Below, in pieces: positions 15,300 through 33,700 of a DNA stretch of 64,000 bases. Both the position numbers and the translations under genes were made by a program. The first letter of the stretch is position 1. The number at the start of each line of letters is the position of its first letter. Below the pieces are notes generated by a model. That model had not been told where the DNA came from and did not search any database. It saw only the letters and a list, made by a program, of their open reading frames with translations. Source of the stretch: the human T2T-CHM13v2.0 reference genome, Homo sapiens. The stretch is taken from the NCBI RefSeq assembly GCF_009914755.1, contig NC_060947.1, one strand, 5' to 3'.

Positions 15300-18284
15300 A
15301 CAACAATCTATTTCAAACCTCACTAGTAGCACAATGTCCTCTGTATTTCTAACCAATAATCTAAAAATCACTGCTATATTTTGATATTGGAGGGTTGCAA
15401 AGAAGTAGAAAAGCTTTATTTTTTATTTTAATATTTTCAGCTATTTTCACAGTTTACCATTGAAACTTTAAAATCAAGGGGCAAGAGTTATTGACAATTT
15501 GCCTCCCTTTAGGCTTTCTCATGACAAGCAAGATTATAATTTCTGGCCTTTTAAAAATAAGAATGTGGTGACTACAGACTCATCCCCTTAGGGAAATTTG
15601 TCACGCAAACCGATTACCTAACTTATTAAGGCTTGTAGAAATTTGGTATGCTTTTAAGAACAATAAGTATTATTTGATGAAGAAATTTTAAATAGATATG
15701 ATTCTTTCATTTTGTTAGAGACCCTAAAATGAACCTCGAAACAGAAGATATCCCAATGATTGTATGATATGGGAACAAAAACATAGCGTTGGGTTTTCTT
15801 GTTTTGTTTTTGATACTATAGATTCAGACTTTTTAGCTAAGACTAGGATTGGAAGGTTTAAAATATGTTTGGTTGTGCATGAGTAGAGACAAGAAACAAC
15901 AAATAGGAAGAATGCTCTTTGGCTTTCTTAAGCTAAATATCTGCTTTTACTAAATAATCGACCCTCTGTTATAAGGCTCTGTTTCAAATTTATCTTCAAT
16001 GTCATCATGATTGTCTTCCTTTATCCTTACAAGTTCATTTTAATAAACACAAAAAAATTATTTAAACATATTGTATTATATAATTCCTAGCACCATGATA
16101 TTTATTCACTGAAATCTTTTGAAGAGCCATGAATTTTTTAATAGCAGAATTTTATAAACAATAATTTAAATATTTTCCCATTCAGTAGTAAACACTAGCT
16201 GGGAACCACCAACACTGTGCAAATAGTAGCTACAGTGAGCAAATAATTCCTATGAGGTTTTGTGAGCTTTTCACTCAGTTAATTGAACAATACAGTTATA
16301 TGCTCACCCTGACCCTCCAAACTCAGTAGGAGAGTTATTATGGGGTCATTTATCCTGCACATTGCAAATATGAAATGCTATATAAATGCACAATTATAAT
16401 AATGATGATGAGTTGCAGTGAGGCTTAATGTCATTGTCCCTATTTAAGTATAATTTAAGATTGGATTTAGCAAGATTTCTTTTTCATTAACAACAGGAAT
16501 CACATAATCACACTAGGAAACAAATGAATGTCACTAATGAGACAGTTTTGTTCAAGTAGCATGCTTTCAATATATTAGTCAATTCCTCAAAGTCCTATAA
16601 ATGAGCATGCTTTATATATTATTGAACAGCATTATATAGGCATCGGTACTTTTCTCTGACTTCAAGCAAGACCATACATTAAGCATACCAGGAAAAAATG
16701 AACTTATATCTATCCTCCAAAGGCTGCAGTAAAGTTTGATTCACTGGTATCTTTTATTAACTACAACAGTCACGTCACCCTTCATCTTTGGCAATATAGT
16801 GACTTTTAGGCTATGCCTATATCTGTTTTACCTTCTTCCTTCCACCTCTACTTGCAAACAAAATCTGTATATAATCAATAGCATGTACTGAGATGATGCT
16901 TCAAATTTACCGAGAAACGAAAAAGAATATGTGGAAGAACAAAGGGAAGTCTTATATGTGCTACTTAAAATCACGAAATTAAGTGTAGCAGTTACGTGTA
17001 ATATTTGAGTGTAGAAAATAAGATTAGAAACTCTAGAAACAATGTTTTTCTTCAGTCAAAAAACTCCACAAAGATGGACAGTAATAGAAGTAGGAGCAAA
17101 GCTGAATTAAAGTACACAGATAACAGGTTTTTTTTTTTCTTTTTTCATTTATCGAGTTGAAAGTCGTTTTATTTTCATTGTTTGCTGGACTCTATTAAGG
17201 ATTTACAGGGCAACAGGAGGGAAAAGAATTTGATAATCTTTGATCAAACTATACGATGTTAATGATACTTATTGCTCATCTTTCTTCTATTTTTTTTCTA
17301 TTATTAATTCTCTGTGGGCCTAGCATTTACCTCTTTATCGCATAAATCTTAAAGCAAAGAAAATAATGCTCATAGTAGTTGCTTATTAATGGATTTCTGT
17401 GAGGTTACACTGCAGGGAAAGGATTTAAAAACATAATAATCCTGCCAGTCCTTTGAACAGTTTAGAGCACAGGAGATACTTAAAGTTTTATAGCTTTCTC
17501 CTGGGAAGCCATCAGCTCTTTGCCTTTTCTCGAATTTAAGATTTTAATTGCCTCAGTGTTTCAATAACAATTACAGCCTATTCAGAAATTTCCTTTCCAT
17601 GATCTGACAGCTCTGGGTTTTAATTTCTGAGAAGCTTTCCTTAAGTAGGTAATATTTGTTAGCCAAAGTCTCAGAGGAATTTCAATCTGTACATTATGGA
17701 ATAAATTTCCCATTTATCTGCTTTTGATCCATCAGTGTTTTGATTGATTGTGTATATTATGCAAGCAGAGCTTTCCAATGTTTCCTTTTTCTCTTGTGCC
17801 ACCAATCTAGCAATGCATTGATTTGATCACTTGACTTATTAGTTCATATTAATCCAAACAAAGTATCTTCCGCTTTTTTGGCATAAATTTAATTCAATTT
17901 CTATTCAGACTTGTTCAAATCCAATAAAGTTTTTCTATTAAGATGGATTGTGGTGAAGTGCAACTTCTGATTCTTTCCCAAACTTCTTTGTCCTTCAGAA
18001 CATAACTTTAGAAAATTCTAAGCCTGAATCTTCCGTATTTATTTAGGAGAATATGAGAAAAAAATAAATAAAATGTAGACATTTCCTCAAATCCATTCTC
18101 TTTGATAGGGAAGAAACAGTTTTACCTAACAAAAAGGCCAGGCTTTCACCTGCTACATCCTGCAATTCTTCTGTTCTTCACCCCTGTTCTCTACGAATCA
18201 TTTGGCTGAGACTGTACTTTTTGCTTAAGCTATCATCCTCATTACTTCTTCTTGTACCTCTTACATTAACTGTATTGACTAACA

Positions 18285-18830
18285 GTATTAGTTTTCTACT
18301 GCTGTGTAACAAATTGCCAAAAAAACCTAGTAGCTTAAAACAATACCCATTTGTTAGCTCACTGTTCTGTAAGTCAGAAGTCCAGGGACCTCATCTGGGT
18401 TCTCTGTTTAATGTCTCACAAGGATGAAGTCTAGGTGCCAGCTGGGCCCAGCTCTTATCTAGAGGCTCTGGAAAAAATCTGCTTTCATGCTAATTCAAGT
18501 CAATAGCGGACTCAGTTCTTTAGGGTTGTAGGACTGAGGTCCCTGCTTCCTTGCTGGCTATCAGCCAGGGGCCATGCTCTGCTCCTACAGGCAACCCACA
18601 TTTCTTCTAACGAGGCCCTTTCCATGGTCAAAGCCAGCGACTGCATGTAGAAGCTTTTTCATGCTTCACTTGGACACCCCTTTCACTTATAAGCCAGAGA
18701 ACATTATCTGCTTTTAAAATGTTAATAGGATGAGAATAACTCCACTTGGATAAGTCTTTTTGCCACCATATAAGCCAACATGCTCACAGGAGTGATATCT
18801 CATATTTACAGGTAAGAGAACTTGGGTTAG
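18285..18830 (-). mobile_element. MLT1-type MaLR solo LTR
   Basis: GTATTAGTTTTCTACTGCTGTGTAACAAATTGCC...AGCTTAAAACAATACCCATTT...CTCACTGTTCTGTAAGTCAGAAGTCC is the typical MLT1 end in reverse orientation. Confidence 0.8.
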
Positions 18831-18939
18831 CATGGTAGAAAAAGTTCCGTTATCATGGAAAGACTTCCAGTACCCTTCAATTTTTTTGACTGCTATCCAT
18901 AGCATTGAAATGCGTTGTTCTGTGCAATCCAGAACACAG

Positions 18940-18944
18940 GCACA

Positions 18945-18980
<36 letters not shown>

Positions 18981-18996
18981 AACACGCACACACACA
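18940..18996. repeat. Imperfect (CA)n microsatellite
   Basis: Directly visible. Confidence 0.9.
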
Positions 18997-21900
18997 GAGA
19001 AATGTTTCACCAAAGAGTACTTATTTTTACTTTGTGCAATAAATGTTATTTTCAAATGTCTTGTATTTCATTAAAGGAAAATATTAATTTAACTTAAAAA
19101 ATTTATGACCAAACCTACTAATGCATTTTGTTTTGTTTTAACCAGATTGGAAAAGGCAGTCACTTTTGTTTCACTTTTTGGAAACCCATTTGTAATTTTG
19201 ATGTTCTACAAAACTGAACTATCAAAATTGGGATTAAGATAACATCTGAAGTGAGTTATATGTTCTTTTTAATACTAATTCATCCCATTCTCCTTTTCAC
19301 ATTAGTGTCTTTGTCATGTGCACTTAAATTTAGTTTCAATGCGAAAAAAGAGGCTTAGGAATTCAATTGGTACTCACATAGCTTTTTCCATCCAGGTAGG
19401 AGCATTTTATTCTGTGTAAAACCCACCACAATGTTCACCAGTATAAATGATCACTAATAGTAGTTATTGTGATAGTCACTCGACGGCAGCTTTAAAATCT
19501 GTGTTGCCTGAAATTAAAAGTGGCCACAGAGGGGAGTCTCTATATATAGTATTAGAATTCTGCCCCAGTCACAATTCTTGTGATTGTTCAACAATAAAAC
19601 AAATATTAATGTGGTATAGTTTGTTTAATGTCCTCCAAATTTTCTTTTAGAAATATTTTTATAGATATTTTGCTTTAAGCTATGACTTTTTAATATACTC
19701 ATCACACAACTATAGCTTTGCATCTACCAAACTTGAGACTGAAACACAGCTCTTTTTTCCAATAACGCTGTAGCCTAATGAAAAATTGGCACAGCATGAA
19801 TCTTTCAGGTTCCAGTTAATTGTTAACTTCTTGAAGAAACCACATTTGACCAACCAATCAAAATTAAACTTTCCATAGCTTCCTGCCCCTTCCCTTCTTA
19901 GCACTGATCATAACCTCCAACAATATGGAATTGGTGTAATTATTTCTATAAGGCCTTTATGCTTCATACAAAAAGGATTGTGTCAATTTTGCCTAATACC
20001 ATGTCACCAGCACCTAGCACAATGCCTGACACACGGAAGGCCCTCAGTTAAGGTTTATTCAATAAATTAATGATGAATATCAGCATGAATTATTTTCTTT
20101 ATTCCTCATTAAGTGTATTTTGTTAGAGACCTTGCTAACCTGTAGGTTCATGTGAGCTTTTCCTCAGAGAGTGCTATGGCTAATGGGCATTCATGTTACT
20201 GCCACTTCAATGGAAAGCAACCACACATAGTTATACTTTGAAAGTCTACCTCCACAACTTCACAATGATAATGTTGATTTTGAAAAACCTTTCCATAGCT
20301 ATAATTTTTATGGAAGAGGAGAAGAAATATCAAGCTGCTAGGCAATGTGTTCTTTCTTGCATCTGTATTTCTTATGATCATATGATTTTATATGACTGCC
20401 AGTTTACTCATTAACATCAAAAGTTGCTACCACAGATATTAGCCTATTGCATTTCTTTTGATTAAGTTATAAATTTTTGGCAAGGATGGCATTAGTGTAT
20501 AGATTTGAAAGAAAATATGAGCGTAATAAATAGATCTCTTCATTTCATTCTAGCAGTTTGTATTGGCAGGTGATTTTGTACTCATTCATGTTCTTTTTCT
20601 TCTGTAATAACATAATTAGTGTAATGAAGCATTGAGTTATCCCTTAAAGTAGAATATGAATGATGCCTAACTGTAAATAGGGCTCACATACCACTCAAAA
20701 TCATTATGAATAGATGTGAAGGCACATAATTCCACCTATCTTAATAAAAATATTAATTTAACTTACAAAATGTATGACCTCCATTAAAAAATCATTATAT
20801 CATGTTCTAAAGTTTGATGGAGATAATGCACCTTCCCTAATTCACTGGCTCTTCATTTTATTATTGTTATTTTATTGAATAATAACTACCCTGCAGAAAG
20901 AGAAGCCTCAAGGATGTTTTGCTGATGGGATCTGAATCAATATAATGGCTTTAAATGAATTGGACATGCTCATTTTACCCACATCTACTTCCCTGATTTT
21001 TCTGAACTTAAAAGTAAAAATGACCCAGGTATTTGATTATTTTATGTTCATTTCAAGACTTAAGAATGAAAAAAGGTCTGGCAACCAAGATGGCCAAATA
21101 GGAACAGCTCCAGTCTACAGCTCCCAGCCTGAGCAACGCAGAAGACAGGTGATTTCCTCATTTCCATCTGAGGTATCAGGTTAATCTCACTAGGGAGTGC
21201 CAGACAATGGGCGCAGGACAGTGGGTGCAGCGCACTGTGCGCGAGCCGAAGCACGGCGAGGCATTGCCTCACTCGGGAAGCCCAAGGGGTCAGGGAGTTC
21301 CTTTTCCTAGTCAAAGAAAGGGGTGACAGACGGCACCTGGAAAATCGGGTCACTCCCACCCCAATACTGCGCTTTTCCGACGGGCTTAAAAAACAGCGCA
21401 CCAGGAGATTATATCCCGCACCTGGCTCGGAGGGTCCTACGCCCACGGAGTCTTGCTGATTGCTAGGACAGCAGTCTGAGATAAAACTGCAAGGTGGCAG
21501 CGAGGCTGGGGGAGGGGCGACCGCCATTGCCCAGGCTTGCTTAGGTAAACAAAGCAGCCGGGAAGCTCGAACTGGGTGGAACCCACCACAGCTCAAGGAG
21601 GCCTGCCTGACTCTGTAGGCTCCACCCCTGGGGGCAGGGCACAGACAAACAAAAAGACAGCAGTAACCTCTGCAGACTTAAATGTCACTGTCTGACAGTT
21701 TTGGAGAGAGCAGTGGTTCTCCCAGCACGCAGCTGGAGATCTGAGAACGGGCAGACTGCCTCCTCAAGTGGGTCCCTGACACCTGACCCCCGAACAGCCT
21801 AACTGGGAGGCACCCCCAAGTAGGGGCAGACTGACACCTCACATGGCCGGGTACTCCTCTGAGACAAAACTTCCAGAGGAACAATCAGACAGCAGCATTC

Positions 21901-22110
21901 ACGGTTCACAAAAACCTGCTGTTCTGCAGCCACTGCTGCTGATAACCAGGCAAACAGGGTCTGGAGTGGACCTCCAGCAAACTCCAACAGACCTGCAGCT
22001 GAGGGTCCTGTCTGTTAGAAGGAAAACTAACAGACAGAAAGGACATCCACACCAAAAACCCATCTGTACATCACCATCATCAAAGACCAAAAGTAGATAA
22101 AACCACAAAG

Positions 22111-23125
22111 ATGGGAAAAAACAGAGCAGAAAAACTGGAAACTCTAAAAAGCAGAGCACCTCTCCTCATCCAAAGGAACGCAGTTCCTCACCAGCAACGG
22201 AACAAAGCTGGACGGAGAATGACCTTGACGAGTTGAGAGAAGAAGGCTTCAGACGATCAAACTACTCCGAGCTACAGGAGGAAATTCAAACCAAAGCAAA
22301 GAAGTTAAAAACTTTGAAAAAAATTTAGACGAATGTATAACTAGAATAACCAATACAGAGAAGTCCTTAAAGGAGCTGATGGAGCTGAAAGCCAAGGCTC
22401 AAGAACTACGTGAAGAATGCAGAAGCCTCAGGAGCCGATGCAATCAACTGGAAGAAAGGGTATCAGTGATGGAAGATGAAATGAATGAAATGAAGTGAGA
22501 AGGGAAGTTTAGAGAAAAAAGAATAAAGAGAAACGAACAAAGCCTCCAAGAAATATGGGACTATGTGAAAAGACCAAATCTACGTCTGATTGGTGTACCT
22601 GAAAGTGATGGGGAGAATGGAACCAAGTTGGAAAACACTCTGCAGGATATTATCCAGGAGAACTTCCCCAATCTAGCAAGGCAGGCCAACATTCAGATTC
22701 AGGAAATACAGAGAATGCCACAAAGATACTCCTCGAGAAAAGCAACTCCAAGACACATAATTGTCAGATTCACCAAAGTTGAAATGAAGGAAAAAATGTT
22801 AAGGGCAGCCAGAGAGAAAGGTCGGGTTACCCACAAAGGGAAGCCCATCAGACTAACAGCTGATCTCTCAGCAGAAACTCTACAAGCCAGAAGAGAGTGG
22901 GGGCCAATATTCAACATTCTTAAAGAAAAGAATTTTCAACCCAGAATTTCCTATCCAGCCAAACTAAGCTTCATAAGTGAAGGAGAAATAAAATCTTTTA
23001 CAGACAAGCAAATGCTGAGAGATTTTGTCACCACCAGGCCTGCCCTAAAAGAGCTCCTGGAGGAAGCACTAAACATGGAAAGGAACAACCGGTACCAGCC
23101 GCTGCAAAATCATGCCAAATTCTAA
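22111..23125 (+). pseudogene. L1 ORF1, disrupted
   Basis: ATG at 22111 is followed by a 1-nt deletion (ATGGGAAAAAACAG), with further lesions downstream. Only the C-terminal 186 aa (REKG, ARR, YPAKLS motifs) is open. Confidence 0.9.
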
Positions 23126-23188
23126 AGACCATCGAGGCTAGGAAGAAACTGCATCAACTAATGAGCAAAATAACCAGCTAACATCATA

Positions 23189-27009
<3,821 letters not shown>

Positions 27010-27779
27010 ACAATGAGAACACACATGGACACAGGAAGGGGAACATCACACTCTGGGGACTGTGGTGGGGTGGGGGGAGGGGGGAGGGATAGCATTAGTA
27101 GATATACCTAATGCTAAATGACGAGTTAATGGGTGCAGCACACCAGCATGGCACATGTATACATATGTAACTAACCTACACATTGTACACATGTACCCTA
27201 AAACTTAAAGTATAATAATAATCAAATAAAAATAATAAAAAAGAATGAAAAAAGTATGGTCTATAAAAATAGATTTGCATAAATACAATCTGCAGCTGGC
27301 TTCATTCTCTTTTTATAATGGGTTGGATCATAGCACCATGTTGAGCTAAAATCTATTGCTTTTGGTAATCCAGTCAAGAAAAAAGTAGTAACCAACAATT
27401 ACATATAAATGACATAATTTTATAAAGTGAAAATACTACATGGTAATAATTTGATAAATTACTTAAGAAAATTTAAGATTGTAAGGTTTGTCCAGATTTT
27501 TTCCTATAGTTTATTAAAAATAATGAACCAAAACAAAAAATTTCAATTACTATTGCATATAAAGAGCAATTATAATCTGTCAATGACTACAAGCCAGCCA
27601 TCTTAACATCAACTGAGAACAAAATTCTAAAAACAAATTATTCTTATAACTTTAAGTAAAAAAATTGAAGAACTAATTTAAGTGCATACTATTTGTCTGC
27701 TTAGAAAATGGTAAAATGATAGGAACTTCTTAAAGGCATTTCTATTCAAAATATCGTTGCAGACACTTAGATTAAATCA

Positions 27780-27940
27780 GGCTGGGCATGGTGACACATG
27801 CCTGTAGTCCCAGCTACTTGAGAGAAAGAGGTGAGAGGATGGCTTGAGCCCAGGAGATCAAGACTGCAGAGAGCTTTGATGGTGCCATGGCACTCCAGCC
27901 TTTCTCAAAAATAAATAAATAAATAAATAAAATAAAAACA
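27780..27940 (+). mobile_element. Alu monomer (FRAM/AluJ right arm) with (TAAA)n tail
   Basis: GGCTGGGCATGGTGACACATGCCTGTAGTCCCAGCTAC...GCACTCCAGCC. Confidence 0.8.
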
Positions 27941-29023
27941 ATTTTAAAAACCATGTTTATAAATATGTATTACAAGTTCATTATTTAAATGAGACTATAA
28001 AACCTAAAGATGTAAACATCACTTTAAAAGCCTTCCTACTTTTTTCTTGACTGATTTGCCAAAAGCTGCAGATTTTAGCTGAGGATGGTGCTACAATTCA
28101 GCTTCTTTTAAAGATGAAGGTGACTAGAGAGTGTACTTATGCTGAACCTGCAACTATTTCTTCACTATAAGAAATAATTTCTCCTTTTACAGGCCATTTA
28201 TTCCATATTGCAATTTATGACTTAAGTAAGTGACTTTTTTCTTTCCCTGTTCTTGTAAATTCTCAGAGTGATTGTCAGTCTTTCTCATTTGAATATCATG
28301 GAAACTCTACCATTTCAGTTTTAGTCCAGTGCAAATACAGTCTATTCAGTCCTTCTGATTTCAACTTTGCCTATTTACTATATAATAGTAAATAGGCAAA
28401 AAAAACTTTGCCTAAATACTATGTAATAGTATTTCAAGGTAATACTATTTAGAAAAATGTATTATAACCGTTTTTACTTGGTTTGTCTCCCACTCTTTAA
28501 TGAAGCCAAAGTTAAAAATCCAGTTAAAATAAATTTTTGCTGAGAGTTGTTTTGTTAAAAACATATATTATCAGAGTTGCATATTAGGAAAGTAATCAAT
28601 GTTAACTATTTTCATTACCAATCATGTCACTCTGAACATAATCTCAAAATAATCACATAATTCTATTGGCTAATTTTATAAAATTCACTTACTCATGAAA
28701 TCAACATACCCCTTTATTTTATCATTTGCTAATCATTTAGATTTTTAAGAGCAATTTCACATACTATCAAATTTTTGGCCACATATCAGATTAAACAAAG
28801 GCACAGAAAGATTAAATAAGTTACCCAAATATCATAGCTAAGAAGTGAAAGTTGGACTTAATTTTCTGTCTTTGGAACCCAAAGTTCTATGCTCCTTCAA
28901 ATGCAGCATACATGTGTCTTCCATTAATGACAATTAAAGTCAACTTATTCCATTACTGTATGCATTTTAACCTGAAGGTTTAGAGACATAGAGTTGGTTT
29001 CCTGACTCAAAAGTTTTAGCATT

Positions 29024-29310
29024 GGCCTGGTGTGGTGGGTGATACCTGTAAATCTCAGCCCTACTTTGGGAGGCCAAGATGGGAGGCTTGCTTGAGGCCA
29101 GGAGTTCAAGACCAGCCTAGGCAACATAACAAGACTCTGTAGCTAAAAAAAATTTTTTTTAAATCAACCAGGAATAGTGATTCATGCCTTTAGTCCTACC
29201 TACTAGGTAGGCTGAGGCGGGAGAATTGCTTGAGCCCAAGAATTCGAGGTTACAGTGAGCTATGATCATGCCACTGCACTCCAGCTTGGGTGACAGAGGG
29301 AGATACTACA
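29024..29310 (+). mobile_element. AluJ-like
   Basis: Diverged dimer with GAGGCCAGGAGTTCAAG and GTGAGCTATGATCATG diagnostics. Confidence 0.88.
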
Positions 29311-30653
29311 TTTTTTTTAAGTTTTATTATTATTCAGCTTCATATTTAATGGACCAAAGACTTTCTCTGGTTACTTAACTATATGGCTTAGAGAGAAAAG
29401 GCATTCTTTGGCAAATCTTAAATGATAGTTGAATACATTATTGCTTCAAAAAAGTCATTGCTTTCAAAACAACTAATACAATTAAACAGTGATAGCAATA
29501 TCAAAGGCAGTGCTATCTTGTGAATCACTTAGGTTGATCATAGTAAGCCACAGCTAAAAGCTATCTCCTATTATTAGGGTGCACCCATAAATGTATTCTT
29601 CCACCTTTTTTAGATTTTCCTTTATAAAAGTCATTTCTGTTATTGGATGCAGAGATACTCTTAACTGCTATTTCTTTGTTGTTAATTGTGGCTTTCTTTT
29701 ATCATTAAAAAGCGTCTTTCTTTTTCACTCTTATTTTTTTAACTTCAAATTTATTTTGTCAGATATCAAGATTGCTATTTGAAACCTCCCTAGTCGATTA
29801 TTATTCTGTCCAGAATTTTGTAAATTATGTGAAATTCACAAACTATAGTAAAATAATGATCTAGGAATATTGGTTGATGGGATTATCTCTGTACTACTTG
29901 TTTGAATAAAAAATTGGTATGTTTTTCTACAGAACAAAATTGCCATCTTTAAATTTTTCCTCTAGTCATGGAAGTGTTAATTGTATTTAAAAATCACTTT
30001 GTTCCACTGCTATTGTTGTGAGTAAATTAAATGATCAAGAAAGCAACTGTGAGATTTAACAGAGTTTTGCATAAACAACTTATGTTTGAGAGTAGTCCTG
30101 CCAGCATATTCCTGCCAGAATTTGTCCTTGTAACAGCAGACATTACATAACCATGCAGGGCTTCCAGACATCTAGGAATTAATACAGATTTTAGGACAAC
30201 GATTTCTTTGCCTTTCTTCCTTCTGTTCTCTTCTTCCTTCCTTCCTTTTCTTATTCCTCTTCTCCTTCATTTGTTCCTTTCTTCATGCCTGCCTTTCTGC
30301 CTGAGTTCCTTCTTTGAATATTTGCAGAGCCAAGTGTTCAGAAATGCATTCCAAAGTAGCTTTCTACTGCATTTAATTTTGTAGTCTATGACATTTCCTT
30401 CATTTTCTTTCACTTAAAGAGAGGCAATGAGACAATTGTCCTAACAGTTATGCATAAACTAGTGAGACACTGATCATCCGTGACTCTTCGGGCTTTTTGC
30501 TATCAGTAAGGCTCAGAATCAAAGGACTGGAAAAGAAGCAGGAGACTGGCTTCTTATCTTGGCACTGACAAAAATTAACATTAGGACGTTGAATAAGTCA
30601 TTTATCTCTTCTGGATCAGATTCCTTAACTATTAAAACAGAAAGTTAGAACTT

Positions 30654-30775
30654 TGCACGGTGGCATGTGCCTGTGGTCCCAGCTCCTCAGGAAGCTGAGA
30701 TGGGAGAATAGCTTGAGCCCAGGAGTTCCATACCAACCGAGGCAACATAGTGCAACCCCGTCTCTAAACAACAAA
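30654..30775 (+). mobile_element. FLAM-like Alu monomer
   Basis: GGTGGCATGTGCCTGTGGTCCCAGCT...GGCAACATAGTGCAACCCCGTCTCT. Confidence 0.75.
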
Positions 30776-33700
30776 ACTACACAAAGCAACAGAAACTTGG
30801 ATGGTCTTCAAGTACCCTCTTTCAATACTGCTCATGAGAGTATGCTTATTAGACATAGAGATTGACAGGTACAATGTTTAATGTGGAAAAATTTATAGTT
30901 TCTTATAAAAATAAAAGAACCACAATAAGAGATAGTGATGAGGAGTGAAAAAATGTAGATATTGGAGTGCAACACATCTAAAATTAAATCTTGCTCTGTA
31001 ACTTATTAGTTCTATGTGGTAATTCAACATCTCATTTTATCTTTTAATCTGGCATTGCATTGTTTTCATAGTAAAGATTAAATGAGAAAAATAGAGTGTT
31101 TCTCACATCACTTGGTGTATAATAATAAATCAGCAAATGGAAACAATTATTATGTATCTGTTTTTAATAGTTTTTCTTGTTGAGCCATTTCCACAGGAAT
31201 GACTCAACTGAGAGGAGTTTTTTATTCCCTTTTCTATTTATCTTAGGGCAACAGATGGTGGCTTAGACAGTAGTACTTCCCAGGGTATATCACAATGACA
31301 GATTTAGTGACATGAACTTTATGAAGTCCTCTGCTAATAGCTTCTCTACTGCCAGAATGCAAGGTATCAGGCCAAAAGGTGTGTGGGAGGCTAATGACTA
31401 CGTTTCCACAAATATTGGCATGAGCTGGATACTTGATTCATGAGAGCAACTTCCCAATTTTTGGCAAGTTACCTGTAAAGACCATTTAGAAAAATTTCTG
31501 GCTTTCTCTGAGTAGCAAGTGTTTTATGAAACCTGTAGAATTTTTCAAACCTACCTAAAGTATAGGCAATATAATATGATTGGCTAGATTATCTATGGAG
31601 GCATTATATTGCCAATTCTTCTATCTTTGGCTTTCATTTTCTTAGTTGCTTGCCTATACAGATGGTTTTAATTTGGACCAAAATATTTTAGTAATTTAAA
31701 ATAAGACTTTAAAACTTGAGGAATCTTTCATGATACAATAACAATGATTTTGTTTCAGTGCCCCAATATCAGCAGATTGTAGAAAAATTAAGTATGAATA
31801 GAGAATAGTAATGAATATATAATCACAAATATGTTAGGCAGTAACCTTAAAGATTGAGATAGTTTGCCAAAAGCAGCTCGCATATCTTTCATTCTTTTAC
31901 TTATAGAACAGATGAATAAAATCTTGAAAACATTTAGACATTATACTAATTTATTTTACCATAAATTCTTACTTAAGAAAAAATTGATAATTAATGGAGA
32001 GAACAAGAATGTAACCTCTACATGGGCAGAGCTCTTTGCCTTATTCACTCATATATCCCTAGTATATAGAACATTACCAAGCACATACTTGGCATTAAAT
32101 AAATGCATTGAATAAGTGAACAATACCTTGATGAAAACATAAACTCTTTGCTAATACTGCCTTCCTAAATGTGTTTTTTAAAAATCACTTAAGCATGCTT
32201 TCAGAATCTGAATCCTGCCATTTATCAGAAAAAATAGCTTAACCTCTTTGAACTTCACTATTTCTTTTTCTGTAATATGCATTTCTGTTAACATGAGGTA
32301 AAACTAACTTTTATCACTGTGCCTGGAACAAAGTAGGTGGACATTAACTGTTTGTGGATTTTGTTTCATAAACACAATACCTGCATTTAAGAAAATAGGG
32401 TCCTATAACTTTAACCTAGAAATTGTTATTTATAAAAGAAGATTTGTATCAATTCTTTATATCAATAAAAGAAGCATATCAATTGTTATTAACAAAAGAA
32501 AATAATGGCTCTTTGTGACAGTTTTTAAAATGTAGCAATAGAAGAAGCAACGCTGCCTATGATTTACTACTTAAGAACAAATGTTCATGATGATGCATAT
32601 AATCTCTTTTTCTTAAGCAAATGCATAATTTAGTCAGCATCATATGCAGTTTTGAAAAGTAAAGCATTATTATTTAGATGTCATTTCTGTGATCTCATGA
32701 AATATAGAATCCCTGGAATGAGAGAAAAGAATAAAATATTCTCTTTAACATATTTCACTGCATAACATAAAAGGTCTGTAAAATTACCTGAAAGGCAAAG
32801 GTGTCACACCATACCTCAGTGGTGATTTGCACCAAATACACTGTCTTTCATAAATTTCCTGAGCAAACAGAGATTTCCAATGAGAAATGAATACTTTAAT
32901 CAATGCAACTTTTCAACCTATTTAGTCCCTGATCTTGAAAAATTATACCCAGTCATGAAGGATGGAACTAATTTTGAATTTACAGAGAAACTCATAACAA
33001 ATTTAAATACCATAATATGCGTATTATATCTGCAGCTGTCAGAAAACTTTATTTACAGTCAGTTGCCTTTCTCTGAATAATCATATTGTTGTCCTGAAAG
33101 ATATTTAAGACCTTTGCCAAATTAGAGGTATGGCCTATATTTAGTGAATCATCATCATTGCACCTCCCCAGGGAGAGCTTAGATGAGAGAGCTCATGTTG
33201 TCGTCAGCTGTTGTTAAGTGGAAGGGATGGTACTGATCCAAAGACTTTAATAAATTGTTATTGGAAATGTGGTTTACCCAAAGACCATTGTTCTCAAAAT
33301 GTATTATCATAACATCCACTGGAGAGAAAGTCATCAAAGACGAAAGATGTCTGTACCATTTTATATGATCAAGAAAGACTAATTTTTTGCTATGGAAAAG
33401 ACATCATCATTATTTTAGGAGATAATTAGAATAATGTTTTTGTTTGTTTGTTTTTAAAAACTGGACTGGTGATGTATAAAATGCTAAAAATAAAAACTGG
33501 ATTGAGTATAAAATAATGAAGTCTTCTATCTTTGACAAAACTTTATATTTTTCATGCTATGTAATCTAAAAGCATATCTCATTTGTAGTTATAAATTATT
33601 TTAAAAACCTTTCAAACATAAACAGTCATAGAGACAACAGTACAGTGATCCTCCATAACACCATCATCCAGATTCAATAATTATTAAAATTTTGCAACCA

